Positions 10,993-22,099 are shown, counted from the first letter of the stretch. The stretch is DNA of 64,000 nt from Mobula hypostoma (GCF_963921235.1 NC_086129.1:5890001-5954000); one strand, 5' to 3'. Made by a program: numbers and translations. Notes: generated by a model from the letters alone, not told the origin.

Positions 10993-12128
10993 GAGACAGC
11001 TTATCCAATATTTCCGACACCTCCCTCCCCTTTCTGGATCTTTCTGTCTCTGTCTCTGGAGACAGCTTATCCACTGATGTCTACTATAAGCCTACTGACT
11101 CTCACAGCTATCTGGACTATTCCTCTTCTCACCCTGTCGCTTGCAAAAACGCCATCCCCTTCTCGCAATTCCTCCGTCTCCGCCGAATCTGCTCTCAGAA
11201 TGAGGCTTTTCATTCCAGGACGAGGGAGATGTCCTCCTTTTTTAAAGAAAGGGACTTCCCTTCCTCCACTATCAACTCTGCTCTCAAACGCGTCTCCCCC
11301 ATTTCACGCACATCTGCTCTCACTCCATCCTTCCGCCACACCACTAGGAATAGGGTTCCCCTGGTCCTCACCTACCACCCCACCAGCCTCCGGGTCCAAC
11401 ATATTATTCTCTGTAACTTCCGCCACCTCCAACGGGATCCCACCACTAAGCACATCTTTCCCTTCCCTCCTCTCTCTGTTTTCCACAGGGATCGCTCGCT
11501 ACGCGATTCCCTTGTCCATTCATCGTCCCCACCCCCCCCCACCACCACCACATCCCTCCCCACTTATCTCCCACCTGGCACTTATCCTTGTAAGCGGAAC
11601 AAGTGCTACACATGCCCTTACACTTCCTCCCTTACCACCATTCAGGGCCCCAGACAGTCGTTCCAGGTGAGGCGACACTTCACCTGTGAGTCGGTTGGGG
11701 TTGTATACTGTGTCCGGTGCTCCCGATGTGGCCTTGTATATATACCTCCCCCTCGTACCCCATCCGTTATTTATTTATATACACACATTCTTTCTTTCAC
11801 TGTCCTTTTTCTCCCTCTGTCCCTCTGACTATACCCCTTGCCCATCCTCCGGGTCCCCACCCCCTTTCCCTTCTCCCTGGGCCTCCTGTCCCATTATCCT
11901 CTCATATCCCTTTTGCCAATCACCTGTCCAGCTCTTGGCTCCATCCCTCCCCCTCCTGTCTTCTCCTATCATTTTGGATCTCCCCCTCCCCCTCCCACTT
12001 CCAAATCTCTTACTCACTCTTCCTTCAGTTAGTCCTGACGAAGGTTCTCGGCCTGAAACGTCGACTGCACCTCTTCCTAGAGATGCTGCCTGGCCTGCTG
12101 CGTTCACCAGCAACTTTGATGTGTGTTG
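10993..12128 (+). mobile_element. Penelope-like element fragment (RT thumb, zinc-finger linker, start of GIY-YIG, terminal repeat) inserted upstream of the BEL gag
   Basis: TDVYYKPTDSHSYLDYSSSHP..CKNAIPFSQFLRLRRICS; CKRNKCYTC; TCES.GVVYCVRCSRCGLVYI followed by a deletion; pyrimidine-rich end carrying a hammerhead motif. Confidence 0.85.
12031..12066 (+). ncRNA. Minimal type I hammerhead ribozyme motif in the Penelope-like terminal repeat
   Basis: AGUC-CUGACGA-AGG(uucucgg)CCU-GAAA-CG-UC-GACU: stem I AGUC/GACU, stem II AGG/CCU, predicted GUC cleavage after 12062. Confidence 0.7.
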
Positions 12129-15100
12129 ATGAAAAAGTTCTACTTACCTTCTTACCTGTGAACAGCCTGCAGAGGAAATGAACATGACTGATCAAGCTAT
12201 TGGTAAATCAGTTGAGCAACTCAAGGTAGAGCGAACGATAGCAAAAAGATTATTTTCGCGTCTGGTCAACAGTATTACCAGCACCTATGAAGACGTGTCT
12301 GAAGAGGAGCTCAGAGTCAGTTTCAATAAACTCACAACAGAAGCTGAGAAAGTCATGGAAGCCAGTGATGATGCGGAGGCCGGATTCACTGCAGAACTGG
12401 AGGCAGAGCTGAGCGCAGAGGAAGTAGCTGTGTTAACTGAACAGCAAAAAGCCGACCTGGCAAAGACGGCAAACGAGTGTGAGTTGAAACTAAAGAAGGT
12501 CGGAAGAAGAAGCCTAATCCAGGTGACACTTTGGACCAACTTTGGAAATGTTGAGTTGTTCACAGCACTACAAACAGCAGAGGATGAGTGTGAAGACGTC
12601 GCTGCTGTACAACACGATGGCAACCAGGAAGCGTGTGAGTTCATGCTTAACCACCCGCAAGGACTGGTAAGGACAGCGAAGGAGGTGCATGGACCGTAGA
12701 AACGATGGATCCCGCCAGGGGATCAGAAGGACCTTCAGAATCACCTAAAGGGGCTCGAGCTGCAGATCACCAAGTTGGTTTCCAAGAAGGCCCACTTCAT
12801 GCAGGCAGGGAGAAAGGTGGATGATGAAAGACTAACAACGACGGCGTGGACTTTTCCTCTAATTTTCCCACGCCAGCCATCAGATTGAAACCGACAGCCC
12901 TTCCCAAGTTTACTGGCAGAAAACGTGATTTTCACAGGTGGAGAAAGGACTGGAAGGTACTCCAGAAGCAGGGAGAGCCGACCGGTTCATTGGAGGTGAA
13001 AAAAGGTTCAACTACTGGACAGTCTTGACGACAAAATCAGACAAGACCTTCGCCTTACTACTTATAACACCGCAGATGACATCTTCCGTGTTCTCGAAAA
13101 CCGCTATGGAAATCAAACGTGCATTGCTATTGAAATAGTGGAAGAGTTACAGTAAATGCCAGCTGTCAGAAATCATCAGTCACTGAAAATGGTGGAATTA
13201 TTTCAAGCTGTGGAGAAGGCACTTCAAGACTTGAGTGACGTTGGAGACACGGGTGCTGTCAAAAACCCGCTGGTGACAAAATGAATTGAAAGTAAACTTC
13301 CAGAAACTCAAAAAGGAATGGCTAGTCTATGTCACTGACTCGAAAAATGCTGTGGCACCAGATAATCGGTTTGACAGTCTTTTGGAATTCCTCAAAGGGC
13401 GAGAGAACATATATGAGCAGCTCGAGCAACTGAGGGATGAAGAGCCAAGTAGAAGAGAAACCAGGGCTGAGCCAAGACATGCCAGAACCAAGTCCCCCAA
13501 GTCAGGCGACGACCATGCAGGGTTTGTCGTCTGCGGTGATGGAAAGCACAAAAGGAAGCTCTACTTTTGCAAACAGTTTCGAGCGCTAAAGCTACCAGAG
13601 AAAAAGGCCGCAGTAAGAAAGTTGGGGGCATGCAAGAAGCGTCTCGAGGTTCATGATGACAGTTCATACTGCAAACCAGCTTATCTGTGTAAAAACTAAG
13701 ACTGCAAGGATGGGACACTCCTGAGCATCACTACTATCTGTGCCCCAATGCCGAAATAAAGAAAAGCAGCGCAGGTCACAAAAAGAGCAGATTTGGTCCA
13801 GAAGACGATAAAGGCAGGAAGAAATATACAGAGGATCAAGAGGAGTTCTTCAGCAAACTTTCACCAGAATTGTCCAAACAATGTCGCGATGTATTTTCAA
13901 ACGCTGCAGCCAGAGCCTTCAGCACTGTGAAAGATAAATCGGGCCTTCTGATGGCAAGTGGATTGTAAAAGCTGCCAGTGATTATGATGCTTCTTCTGGT
14001 CACAGCTAATCCTGGACAAAAAATGGGGACGTTAATTGACTTGGCTTCAGACACCAATTATATAACCCACAAGGCTGCAAGCAGACTGAACCTCAGAAGT
14101 GAGGAAATCGCTCTCGTTGTCCATGGAGTCGGGGGGATGAAGGTTCAAGTGGAGACAAAGCGGTACCTTCTAAAAATCAGAGTGAACACTCCCAAGGGCA
14201 CTCTCAAATCACACCAATTGGTTTGTTATGGACTAGGCAGCATTGAAAATGTCTACAAATATGTGACACCGAAGCAACTGCAGAAATTCTTCCCAGACAT
14301 GCAGTTTGACGAACTTGTGAGACCCAGAGGAATAAGTTTACTCATAAGTCAAAGAGAAGGTCAGCCAGCGCCTCAGAGAAGCAGAGCTGTTGGAGACCTC
14401 GTGCTGTGGGACGGACCACTGGGGAAGATGTTCGGAGGAGCACACCCTGGTCTCTTTGAGGAGCTGTCTGTGTTTGCTCACATGTACAAGATACATTTTG
14501 CAAGGTCAATGAGAGCGGCGCTGTGATGTAGGAGGAGCTCACCGGCAGAGTCCCAGAGCAACTTCCGCCAAACAAACAGGATGACATCAATCTCCAGGAG
14601 TCAGGTAGGTCAGGCACTAACCTGGTCTTCCGAGAGTGGTGGAAGTGGGATAGTATTGGCGCAGCATGCGAGCCAAAATGCGGGGGTTGTCTTTGCGGAA
14701 ACTGTCAGCCAGGCGGCAAAGGAATGACTCTTGCTGAGGAGAGGGAACTTGAAGTTGTAAGAAGAGGCCTCACCTATGTCACAGAGAACCACCACAGAAA
14801 GGAAGCACATTGGCACCCCAGATATTCTTGGTTAGAGGACCCAGCTTCCTTGCCAAACAATAAAAGAACAGTTGAGGCAACATTTCTCAGGACGGAAAAG
14901 CAACTAGCCAAAGAACCCGAGTGGAAAGCTGCCTACACTGCTCACGTGCATGACATGGTCGATCGTGGGGCTGCAATGAAATTGTCCAAATACACCGTCA
15001 TCAACTGGAACGGGCCAGTCTGGTACGTGAGTCACCTTGTTGCTCCGAATCCGCACTCTGTCACGACCCCAGTGAGACTCGTGTGGAACAGCAATGTGAG

Positions 15101-16328
15101 CTTCAACGTCCTGCTAATGAAAGGTCCAGATATCCTCAACCAGATTCGCACTGTCCTACTGAGATTCAGGGGTGCAGTATACGCTGCTCTGGTGACATAA
15201 AAAGGATGTACAATTCGGTTTGGTTGGAAGATCGAGAAGTGCACCTGCACAGGTTCCTCTGGCGAGACTCCGAGGACGAGGAGCTGGGGGAATATGCAAT
15301 CACAAGAGTGAACATCGGAGATAAATCAACAGGGTGCATTGCACAGTTAGCAATGCGCGAAACTGCTAACCTCCCTCCTTTCACCCACCTCAAAGAGGAG
15401 CGGCAGATGCTCCAGCACGACAGCTACGTTCATGACATTGTCACACCCCACAACAACCTTGACCAGCTGAAATCCATCACAGCGAATGTGGAGCAGACTC
15501 TAAAGGCCGGAGGTTTCAAGCTCAAGCCTTGGATCTTTTCTGGGCAAAGTGGGAGGAAAGAGTGCAAAGACAAGCTGGAGAAGTTCAAGGCAGAAGCCAT
15601 GGTCTTGCCAAACCAAATGCACGATGATGACAACAAGGCACTTGGCCTGGGCTACATAGTAAAGGAGGACAAACACCATGTCATGATTTCAATCAACTTC
15701 TCGAAGAGAAAGCAAACAATGAGACTTGGCCAAGACCTTCTACAGGAGCAAGTCAGAGACCAGACGTCAAACCCCCTGACAAGAAGAGAACTGCTCAGCC
15801 AAGTATCAGGGCAATATGACCCAGTTGGCCTGGTAACTCCTGCTGAGCAGAAGGGATCTATTCTGGTACGAAGGGCGTTCCAAGAGGCAAAGGGCGAAAG
15901 ATGTCCAGTCAAAGACACATTGGACATCGCACCCTCAGATGGCCTCAGGGGGGATGCAATTAAGCTCTTCGAAGAGTACGTTCAACTTGGCAAGGTAAAG
16001 TTCTCCAGTGCACTGACTCCCCCATGCGTCACTAAGGAACCCTGGGCAATCACGTTCTCTCATGGAAACTAGCACGCCTACGGAGCAGTGATGTACCTAA
16101 GGTGGTACTCGGACCGCACGCTGTTTATTTCTAAATTCCAAAACAAACTGTGACAAACTAATAGGCACCTTGCTACTAAACTATTGTTCCTTCAGCAAGG
16201 TCAACCGTCCTGAAACCAATCCAGATTTTAAATTTTCCTTATTCAAAGGTTCAGAAACAACACGTTTTCCACTCTCTCAATAAAATTTACCTCACCAGTG
16301 ACAGGTACAGAATGAACCCAACACTCTT

Positions 16329-16836
16329 AGAATCAGAATCAGTGTCGGGGTTATTGTCACCGGCATGCGACGTAGGATTTGTTAAATTAGTAGCTGCAGT
16401 TCAATGCAATGCATAACAGAGAAGTAATAATAATAATAAAGAATATTTAAAATGATATTAATACAAAAGTAAATCAATTACAGTATAAGTATATTCAATA
16501 GATTTTTTTAAAAATGCAAATTCAGAAATACCGTATATTAAAAGAAAGTGAAATGCTGTCCAAAGATTCAACGTCCATTTAGGAATCGAATGGCAGAGGA
16601 GAAGAAGCTGTTCCTGAATCGCTGAGTGTGTGACTTCAGGCTTCTGTACCTCCTACCTGATGGTAACAGCAAGAAAGGGGCATGCCCTGCGTGCTGGAGG
16701 TCCTCAGTAATGGACGTTGCCTTTCCGAGACGCTGCTACCTAAAAATGTCCTTGATACTTTGTAGGCCCCTACCCAAGATGGAGCTGACTAGATAAACAA
16801 CGCTCTGCAGTTTTTTTTTTCGGAGCTGTGCAGTAT
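16329..16836 (-). mobile_element. Rex1/Babar-like LINE 3' end
   Basis: Minus strand translates LLPSGRRYRSLKSHTQRFRNSFF..AIRFLN; (ttctga)n-type tail. Confidence 0.75.
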
Positions 16837-16975
16837 CACACTGTATCATCGACTGACAAGTACAGAATGAACTCCACACTCTCACACTGTATCACAGACT
16901 GACAGGTACAGAATGAACCCCACACTCTCACACTGTACAAGAGACTAGGAGATACAGGAGGAACACCACAATCCT
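16837..16975. repeat. 46-bp tandem repeat (3 copies, plus one partial unit at about 16290-16328)
   Basis: cacactgtatcacagactgacaggtacagaatgaaccccacactct units start at 16837, 16883 and 16929. Confidence 0.8.
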
Positions 16976-17044
16976 GCAATCTATGCAACTGTTTCTGGCT
17001 GCCTTTCTGCCTGCTTGACCTATCTATTTGTCAGTTTGCCTATC

Positions 17045-17046
<2 letters not shown>

Positions 17047-17090
<44 letters not shown>
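17047..17090. repeat. (CT)n microsatellite
   Basis: Direct reading. Confidence 0.95.
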
Positions 17091-17096
<6 letters not shown>

Positions 17097-17665
17097 CCTC
17101 TGTCCTCTTTCTCCTCTCTCCCCCTCTCTCTCTCTTCCAACAATTTACCTCATGACTGTCTTTCTCTCGTTCATTTCCAGCCGCAATGCACACATTCGTC
17201 TGCCAATTTTCAGTATTTTTTATATTATTTAACATTCTGCCCATTCCTTTACAGACTGAAATATTTATTCTCGATTTCGTTGGACCTTTGATAGATTTAC
17301 GATGCCCATTAAAGACTGTTACATCAGCGACATGACACACAAAATGCTGGAGGAACTCAGCAGTGTTCCTTGTGTTGCCCCGGATTTCCAACATCTTCAG
17401 ATTTTCTCGTGTTTGTACACTAGCAACGTGCTCATTTTACCGTTTCCATCCTGATCTGGGTCTCTCTATTGTATCTTTGTTCAAATCTGTGTTTGTGTAT
17501 TTCGAATTGTATTGACTTCATTACTTATATCCTTCATCTACATGAGAAGTAAAAATTTTTACGTTATGTCTCTGTCTAAATATGCAATTTATGGTTACTT
17601 ATAATACAGATTATGTTTAACAGGGCAGTCACTATAACATAGAAATACATTTGTGCAATAGTTTC

Positions 17666-17686
17666 TGTGTGTGTGTGTGAGTGTGT

Positions 17687-17718
<32 letters not shown>
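17666..17718. repeat. (GT)n microsatellite
   Basis: Direct reading. Confidence 0.95.
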
Positions 17719-18051
17719 CCAGGAAGAAGCTGAAGGACTGAAGGACGGTACAAAATGGGAAACTGCAGGGACAGAGGTAGGGATCGGCCAGCGTCGCAGG
17801 TCTCCCTTCAGAGATGAATAATTAAAGCCAGCAAAAAGATGAAATCTGTAAGTGTAGCTGCTTCGTGACAAAGCTCAGTCTTTGAAAGTAAATCTACCGG
17901 CCCATTTCCACCAGAGACACTGTTGAGGTAACGCTAAAGAATTTTGATTTATTTGTCTCCAATCGCCCCAATATTTACAATAGAATTAAAGTAACTGGAA
18001 CTAAGAAAGTTAGTGAGGTGTATAACTGTATCTCTGGAGACCGATCCTCTG

Positions 18052-18058
18052 TATAAAT
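18052..18058 (+). promoter_or_regulatory. TATA box of gene B
   Basis: TATAAAT 85 bp upstream of the ATG, with an initiator-like catcag about 25 bp downstream; flanks conserved in gene A. Confidence 0.6.
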
Positions 18059-18136
18059 CAGGGCCGCTTGGAATGCATCAGCTGTCTGCCGGAGCTGTGA
18101 ATACAGGAGCAACAGAAATCACAGATTCTCACTGAA

Positions 18137-18206
18137 ATGGTGTATCCCGTCATCTGGCGGATAGAAGGCGTTTACTATCCTTTTATTTCAGCCTTTGGGA
18201 TCCCCG
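18137..18206 (+). CDS. GPR139-like orphan GPCR gene B, coding exon 1 (MVYPVIWRIEGVYYPFISAFGIP)
   Basis: ATG, 70 nt, phase-1 donor G|gtaagc. Resembles the VYY...GLPAN start of TM1 in GPR139. A homologous exon is present in gene A. Confidence 0.85.
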
Positions 18207-19575
18207 GTAAGCCGCGGTGTCAGCTGCCGTGGGTGGATGTTGGAGTTTAATTCGGATGATGTGATTGATTCTGCCGCTGGTTTAAACTCTCACATTCCAG
18301 TGCCGGTATTCCGCATTTCGGGAATGGAGTGGAAACACCGGGACTAGAGATGCTGGGATGTCTATCTGAAAACAAACCGCTGCAGGAATTCAGCGAATCA
18401 GCCACTTTCTGTGGGACTGAGCGGGTCAGGCAGCGTTCTTCCAGCGGGTTGTGATTAATAATGAGATGTTCGCCTCTCTGCTTTTGGTCTTGTCGAAGCT
18501 GCACTTCACTTGCAGATATTGTGTTTATACAGCCCGCGGAGCTCATGCCAATTGATCGTCTGTATTTGAATGTGAGTGATTGTCTACTTAGGAGCAACAA
18601 TCAAACCATCGACTGCAGTAACACTGCAGGAAATGTGTTGTAACACGAAACAGTTGTGGATTTTAATAACTGTGTGCGATATGACGGAATATAAAGCAGA
18701 TGATGGACAACACAATGAATTTGATGCTGAGTGAATTAACACAACCGAGGTGGTGCTTCATAGCCATCAATACTGTGAAATGTATTGTATCGTATCTACA
18801 CCTGACATTGTTCCGGACATCTGACTACGACACCGAGTTTGAATTCCTCTCCCCTCCTCCCTTGATGGGTTCAGTGGGAGGCGTCATGTCTGCCTGTGAG
18901 GTTGCGTCAGGCTGCGCTGTATTTGTTGGAATCAGTCAATGTTCTGTTGTAAAGTCAGTGAGTTGGCAAATGTTGAAATAGGAAACAAACTCGGAGAATG
19001 CTGGAAACACTGAGCCCCAAGCAGCTGGTATGGGAAGAGAAACCGGTTAACACTTGTGTCAGGGGTCTCTCGGAGAACAGTTCTGAAAGAGAGATACTTT
19101 AACTAATTTCCACATATTTTGTTTTGTCTGGATGAGTGTTTCCAGCATTTCCTGTTTTTGTTCCGTCTTTCGGCTGTTCTGTCGCTTACAGGGATCTCCA
19201 TGGAAGTTGTTGATTGTCTAATGGAAGAATCCCGCCATCAGCGTCCGGATTTATTCATTTCATCCAGACGAGACGCAGAAGGTACCGATAGAAATTGTTC
19301 CATCAAGTATTGGCCCTGAGGAGGTAGTTACCCAGTTTTAGCTCTCCGCTGTCATTTCACATTGAGGAAATCAGTGAGGGAACCGTATTCAGACCATATT
19401 GACTTTATTTTACTGTGTAAACTCCTTCTCTGTCCCGGCCAGCTCTGCGCCCTCTCTCGACGCTCCCGCCGCTAAATGTAACAATAAAGTGGAAATATCA
19501 CAGGATCCCCTCAAACTGCCGCATTAGCTTCTGCTCTGTAATTTCTCAACTTGCTGTTCCCTGTCTCTCTTCCAG

Positions 19576-20483
19576 CGAACTTGGTGGCGATTGTGATCCT
19601 GTCCCGGGGAAAGTGCGGTCTCGCCAAATGTGTCACTCGCTACCTGGTGGGAATGGCAGCGGCCGATCTCCTGGTCGTTATCTCCGATCCGCTGCTGAGG
19701 TGGACTGCTCAGATTTATTTTCTCCGATCATTCCTGTTCATCACTCCTGTGTGCAGCCTCGGTGAATGGTTGATTTTTGCGAGCACGGCGGCCTCAGTCT
19801 GGCTGACTGTCGCTTTCACGGTCGATCGATTTGTGGCTATTTGCTGTGAGAAGCTGAAAACAAGATATTGCACCGAGAGAACGGCGGCTGTGGTTATCGG
19901 GACAGTGAGTGTGCTGGCCGGTTTGGTGAGTGTCCCCTGCGGATTTATATATGGGCCTGTGGTAATAATTGATGGTGTTCACTGGGGTTGTGTTGCTACA
20001 CCGAGCTTCACAAACTCTCCCTCATGGGCGGCATTTGAGATGTTTCACCTCATTTTAACCCCTTGTCTCCCATTCTTTCTGATTTTACTGTTCAATATTC
20101 TGACTGTCAGGCGGATTCTAGCGGCCAGTCGAGCCCGCAGGGGGCTCCGGGGACAAAAGAGTGGAGAGAATGACAGAGACCGGGAGATGGAGAACCGACG
20201 CAAATCCATCGTTTTGCTCTTCAGCATAACCGTTAGTTTTATATTGCTGTGGGGAACACAAATGGTATTTTCCATCTATAGACGGATTTCAATGAGTTTT
20301 TTTTATTCTGTCACGGATCCCCGTTACATCATAAGACACACATCGGACATGCTGCAGATTCTCAGTTCCTGCACCAACACGTGTATTTACGCCCTGACTC
20401 AGAGAAAGTTCCGAGAGGAACTGAATAATGCGTTGAAATACCCACTGAATCAGATTCTGAAACTCTTGAAGCATAAGAAATAA
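19576..20483 (+). CDS. GPR139-like orphan GPCR gene B, coding exon 2; spliced join(18137..18206,19576..20483) gives an intact 325-aa 7TM protein
   Basis: Polypyrimidine tract and tccag acceptor; ANLVAIVIL, LVGMAAADL, SVWLTVAFTVDRFVAIC, TM5 LTPCLPF, TM7 SSCTNTCIY, helix 8 KFREEL; no stops. Confidence 0.92.
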
Positions 20484-20583
20484 ATGTTGTAAAGTATTAC
20501 AATTCAGCTGCCTTCATGCTCCCTATTCTATCCCCCACTTGTGGGGAAATGGAAACAATGTGATGAACAGAGTTACAAAACAT

Positions 20584-20800
20584 ACACGAGAAAATCTGCA
20601 TCCGCTCGAAATACAAAACAACACACACAAAATCAGATCCTGATGAAGGGTCTCGCCACGAAACCTCGACTGTTTTCATTTTTCCTCACAGAAAATGCTA
20701 GAGGAACTCAGCAGGCCAGGCAGCATCTATGAAAAAGAATAAACTTTCGACGTTTCGGGCCGAGACCCTTCTTCAGGTTCCAGTTAACTTTTTACTCTTT
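20584..20800. mobile_element. Penelope-derived short repeat containing two opposite-facing hammerhead-like motifs (about 20636-20672 + and 20745-20780 -)
   Basis: cctgatgaagggtctcgccacgaaacctcgactg (+) and cctgaagaagggtctcggcccgaaacgtcg (-); homologous copy at about 7400-7570 beside gene A. Confidence 0.7.
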
Positions 20801-22099
20801 TCCCGTTTTGTGTGCGTTGCCTTAGTTACAAAATAACTGTTTACAGCTGATCTCGACGGCATCACTGGCCTCACTATCCCAGAGAAATCCCCTTTGCTCC
20901 TCTCGTCCCACCCTGTTATATTGAATCTTGGGGTGAACCTGTTTCCCCTGCTTCCCGGTTCTGACTAAACTGCCTGAACTTGTGGTATATTTTCGTCTCT
21001 ATCAACCTCTCCTGATCCCGTCAATACCCGTCCTTTCTTTCATGATCTTTTGTTTCTCCTCCTCTATACCTGCAGATTTCCCTTCTCACTGTCAACTTGA
21101 ACTATCTTTCTGTAAGAGTATTTTCCTGTTTTCCATTTCAAGACAAAGTCGCGTCACCTTCACTTGTTTCTCTGTGAGAGATGGAGATGCGAGTGCTGAG
21201 GGCGCGAATGAGACATCGCGAGGAAAGGGCGCGCGGGAGAGCACGTGAGTGCTGAGGGCGCGAATTAGACATCGCGAGGAAAGGGCGCGCGGGAGAGCAC
21301 GTGAGGGAGAGGGCGCGAGGGAGATGATGCCACGGAGATGACGCCACGGAGATGACGCTGGAGTGAGGGTAATGCAGAGGGCGGGAGGGAGAGGGAGCGG
21401 GCGATGGTGCGCGCGAGTGAGAGCGACAGGAGGAGACATCGCGAGGGCGCGAAGGTGAGCACGTGAGGGAGAGCGGGCCGGGGATAGGACACGAGGAAGA
21501 TGTCGCAAGATTGAGCGCCAGGGAACGGGAGTGTGAGAGAGGCAGAGAAAATAGAGTGAGAGAACAGAGAGATAGTGATGCGACTGAGACATCGTGAGGG
21601 AGTCAGGGAGAGAGAAAGGGTGGGGGGAGAGAGAGAGAGAGGGAGAGGAGCGGGAGGGAGGGGGACAGAGAGAGAGGGAGGGGGAGAGGGAGAGGGAGAG
21701 AGAGAGAGAGATAAATAGATGGTTAGATAAATAGTCAGATAGGTAGAAAAAAACAGTCCGAGGAACATTGCCGGATCTGTGGTTTTACTCTTTCACAGAG
21801 ATCGGCTTCTTTAGTGATGATAAGTATTCTTTTGAATTATGTACAGCTAACTACTGTAGACATTAGTTGTTTTTTGTTCTATATTAAAATCCTACGAGGT
21901 CTAACAAATTGCGTAGTTTCAATATGTGTGCAGTCTCCTTTGTTTGCGAATGCATCAGTAAATTTCCTGAGCTGAATCAAAGAAGAATACAATGAATGAA
22001 TTTTCATACAATGTTCATTACAAACAGGCTATAAGAAATCACATAAATACACGGGGATGTAAAGATATGAATCACACGTAGCAAACACTTTAGCGGGGT

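Larger units (their letters stand above)
10370..16115 (+). mobile_element. BEL/Pao LTR retrotransposon, degenerate and 3'-truncated (gag, protease, RT, start of Pao RNase H; no integrase)
   Basis: Gag with LPKFTG and Cys/His knuckles (13286..13750); protease LIDLASDTNYI; RT PVRLVWNS, KGPDILNQI, GDIKRMY, HRFLWR, SYVHDI; TRRELLSQVSGQYDPVGLVTP and AYGAVMYLRW; many stops and frameshifts. The 5' limit is taken from the TG where duplication homology ends. Confidence 0.85.
17489..22093 (+). repeat. Right arm of the inverted segmental duplication containing GPCR gene B
   Basis: Collinear with the reverse complement of 5135-10369. Confidence 0.9.

Noticed and set aside
18030-18040. tctctggaga as an O/E (EBF) site suggesting olfactory expression
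   Set aside because: Two mismatches to TCCCNNGGGA, conserved only within the recent A/B duplicate and not seen in the gene C promoter
19551-19575. ORF-track start MLFPVSLP for gene B (likewise 9010 for A, 35651 for C and 60239 for the B30.2 ORF)
   Set aside because: These starts fall in intron sequence or on the splice acceptor. For A, B and C the real ATG exons are upstream; for the B30.2 exon the upstream exons were not found
18137-20483. Assigning the symbol GPR139
   Set aside because: Only family-level similarity; multiple diverged paralogues and non-canonical motifs argue against one-to-one orthology without a phylogeny
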